A stretch of 64,000 bases of DNA from Promethearchaeota archaeon (GTDB taxonomy: Archaea; Asgardarchaeota; Thorarchaeia; Thorarchaeales; Thorarchaeaceae). Shown here one piece after another: positions 63,635 to 64,000 of this stretch (within the stretch, counting starts at the first letter, position 1; every line of letters begins with the position of its first letter). A program made the position numbers and the translations under genes. The stretch is from the NCBI GenBank assembly GCA_048939765.1, contig JBHLPF010000007.1:17241-81240 (forward strand). The letters are read 5' to 3'. Under the pieces are notes generated by a model that searched no databases, was not told the origin of the DNA, and worked only from the letters and a program-made list of their open reading frames with translations.

Positions 63635-63738
63635 ATGTGAGGCAACTGCAACATCTAGAGGCAGACTGCTATAGTGCCATCTATTGTTCTTCTCAACTAG
63701 TAGTGTTCTGTGTGGGCTGGTTTTTGACGGGATGGAAT

Positions 63739-63990
63739 TCAGATTTTGGGTCGTTCAGGCCTCTTGATGGTCCTTTCCTCTGGCTCTTCCACCACATGTA
63801 GTTTGGTGGCTTGAATAGCAGCCTTTGAAACCCTGAAGTTTGCTGCGTGAGCTATGTCATCAACTGTCCTATGCCATTCTGCGGGCGAAAGCGCACTGTG
63901 TATCTCTTTGAGGGCTTCACCCAACCGCTCAACTCGAGCAAGGCACTCCACTCTGTCATTTGATAGCCGTTTCTCATCAAAAAAGAGCAA
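63739..63990 (-). CDS. Small putative HTH protein (N-terminus may lie beyond the window)
   Basis: 83-aa ORF with a TTG start, and the frame stays open to the window edge. LSPAEWHRTVDDIAHAANFRVSKAAIQATKLH looks like a sigma-r4/LuxR-type HTH. Confidence 0.3.
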   Translation of the reverse strand: MLFFDEKRLSNDRVECLARVERLGEALKEIHSALSPAEWHRTVDDIAHAANFRVSKAAIQATKLHVVEEPEERTIKRPERPKI

Positions 63991-64000
63991 AGCATGGCCC

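Noticed and set aside
1-64000. CRISPR arrays, cas genes, transposases, integrases and toxin-antitoxin or other defence cassettes.
   Set aside because: I saw no regularly spaced direct repeats and no recognisable signatures for these families in any ORF. The only mobile-element trace is the set of tRNA-Ser 3'-end repeats.

Overview
This is a gene-dense archaeal chromosome segment with intermediate G+C (not computed exactly). I can support about 70 protein genes, 5 tRNA genes and one stand-alone 5S rRNA. Three of the tRNAs carry introns and all five encode their 3' CCA.

Most content is housekeeping:
- Ribosome and RNA processing: uL3-uL4-uL23-uL2, eS30, Nop5-fibrillarin-DUF61, Gar1, SRP19, Trm1, RlmE, Elp3, an NcsA/TtuA-type thiolase, archease, a SPOUT methylase, pelota, DnaG, RNase HII and MetAP.
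- Pyrimidine genes: pyrB, pyrD/pyrK and dCMP deaminase.
- H4MPT C1 genes: ftr, fwdC and mch.
- Others: H+-pyrophosphatase, AMP-forming acs (partial, at the left edge), a glycyl-radical enzyme, the beta and gamma subunits of a 2-oxoacid:ferredoxin oxidoreductase, and a cdrS-like RHH gene coupled to ftsZ.

An Arf-family GTPase with eukaryote-type motifs and an LSm protein with an LSm12-like C-terminal domain suggest an Asgard-type archaeon. That is inference only, because no database search was possible.

The most interesting items are:
1. A tandem pair of CoA-transferase::Pat-type GNAT fusion proteins, divergent from acs.
2. The Arf-like GTPase, which has a roughly 140-aa N-terminal extension.
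3. A tRNA-Ser with a T-loop intron, followed by two extra direct copies of its 3' end that bracket two single-gene islets. These look like integration scars.
4. An ORF-poor spacer of about 890 bp upstream of dnaG, carrying a dense cluster of ATCATCA motifs.
5. A LonB-like AAA+ protein that lacks both the protease and transmembrane parts.
6. A relic copy of the MetAP N-terminus.

No CRISPR array, transposase or integrase was seen.
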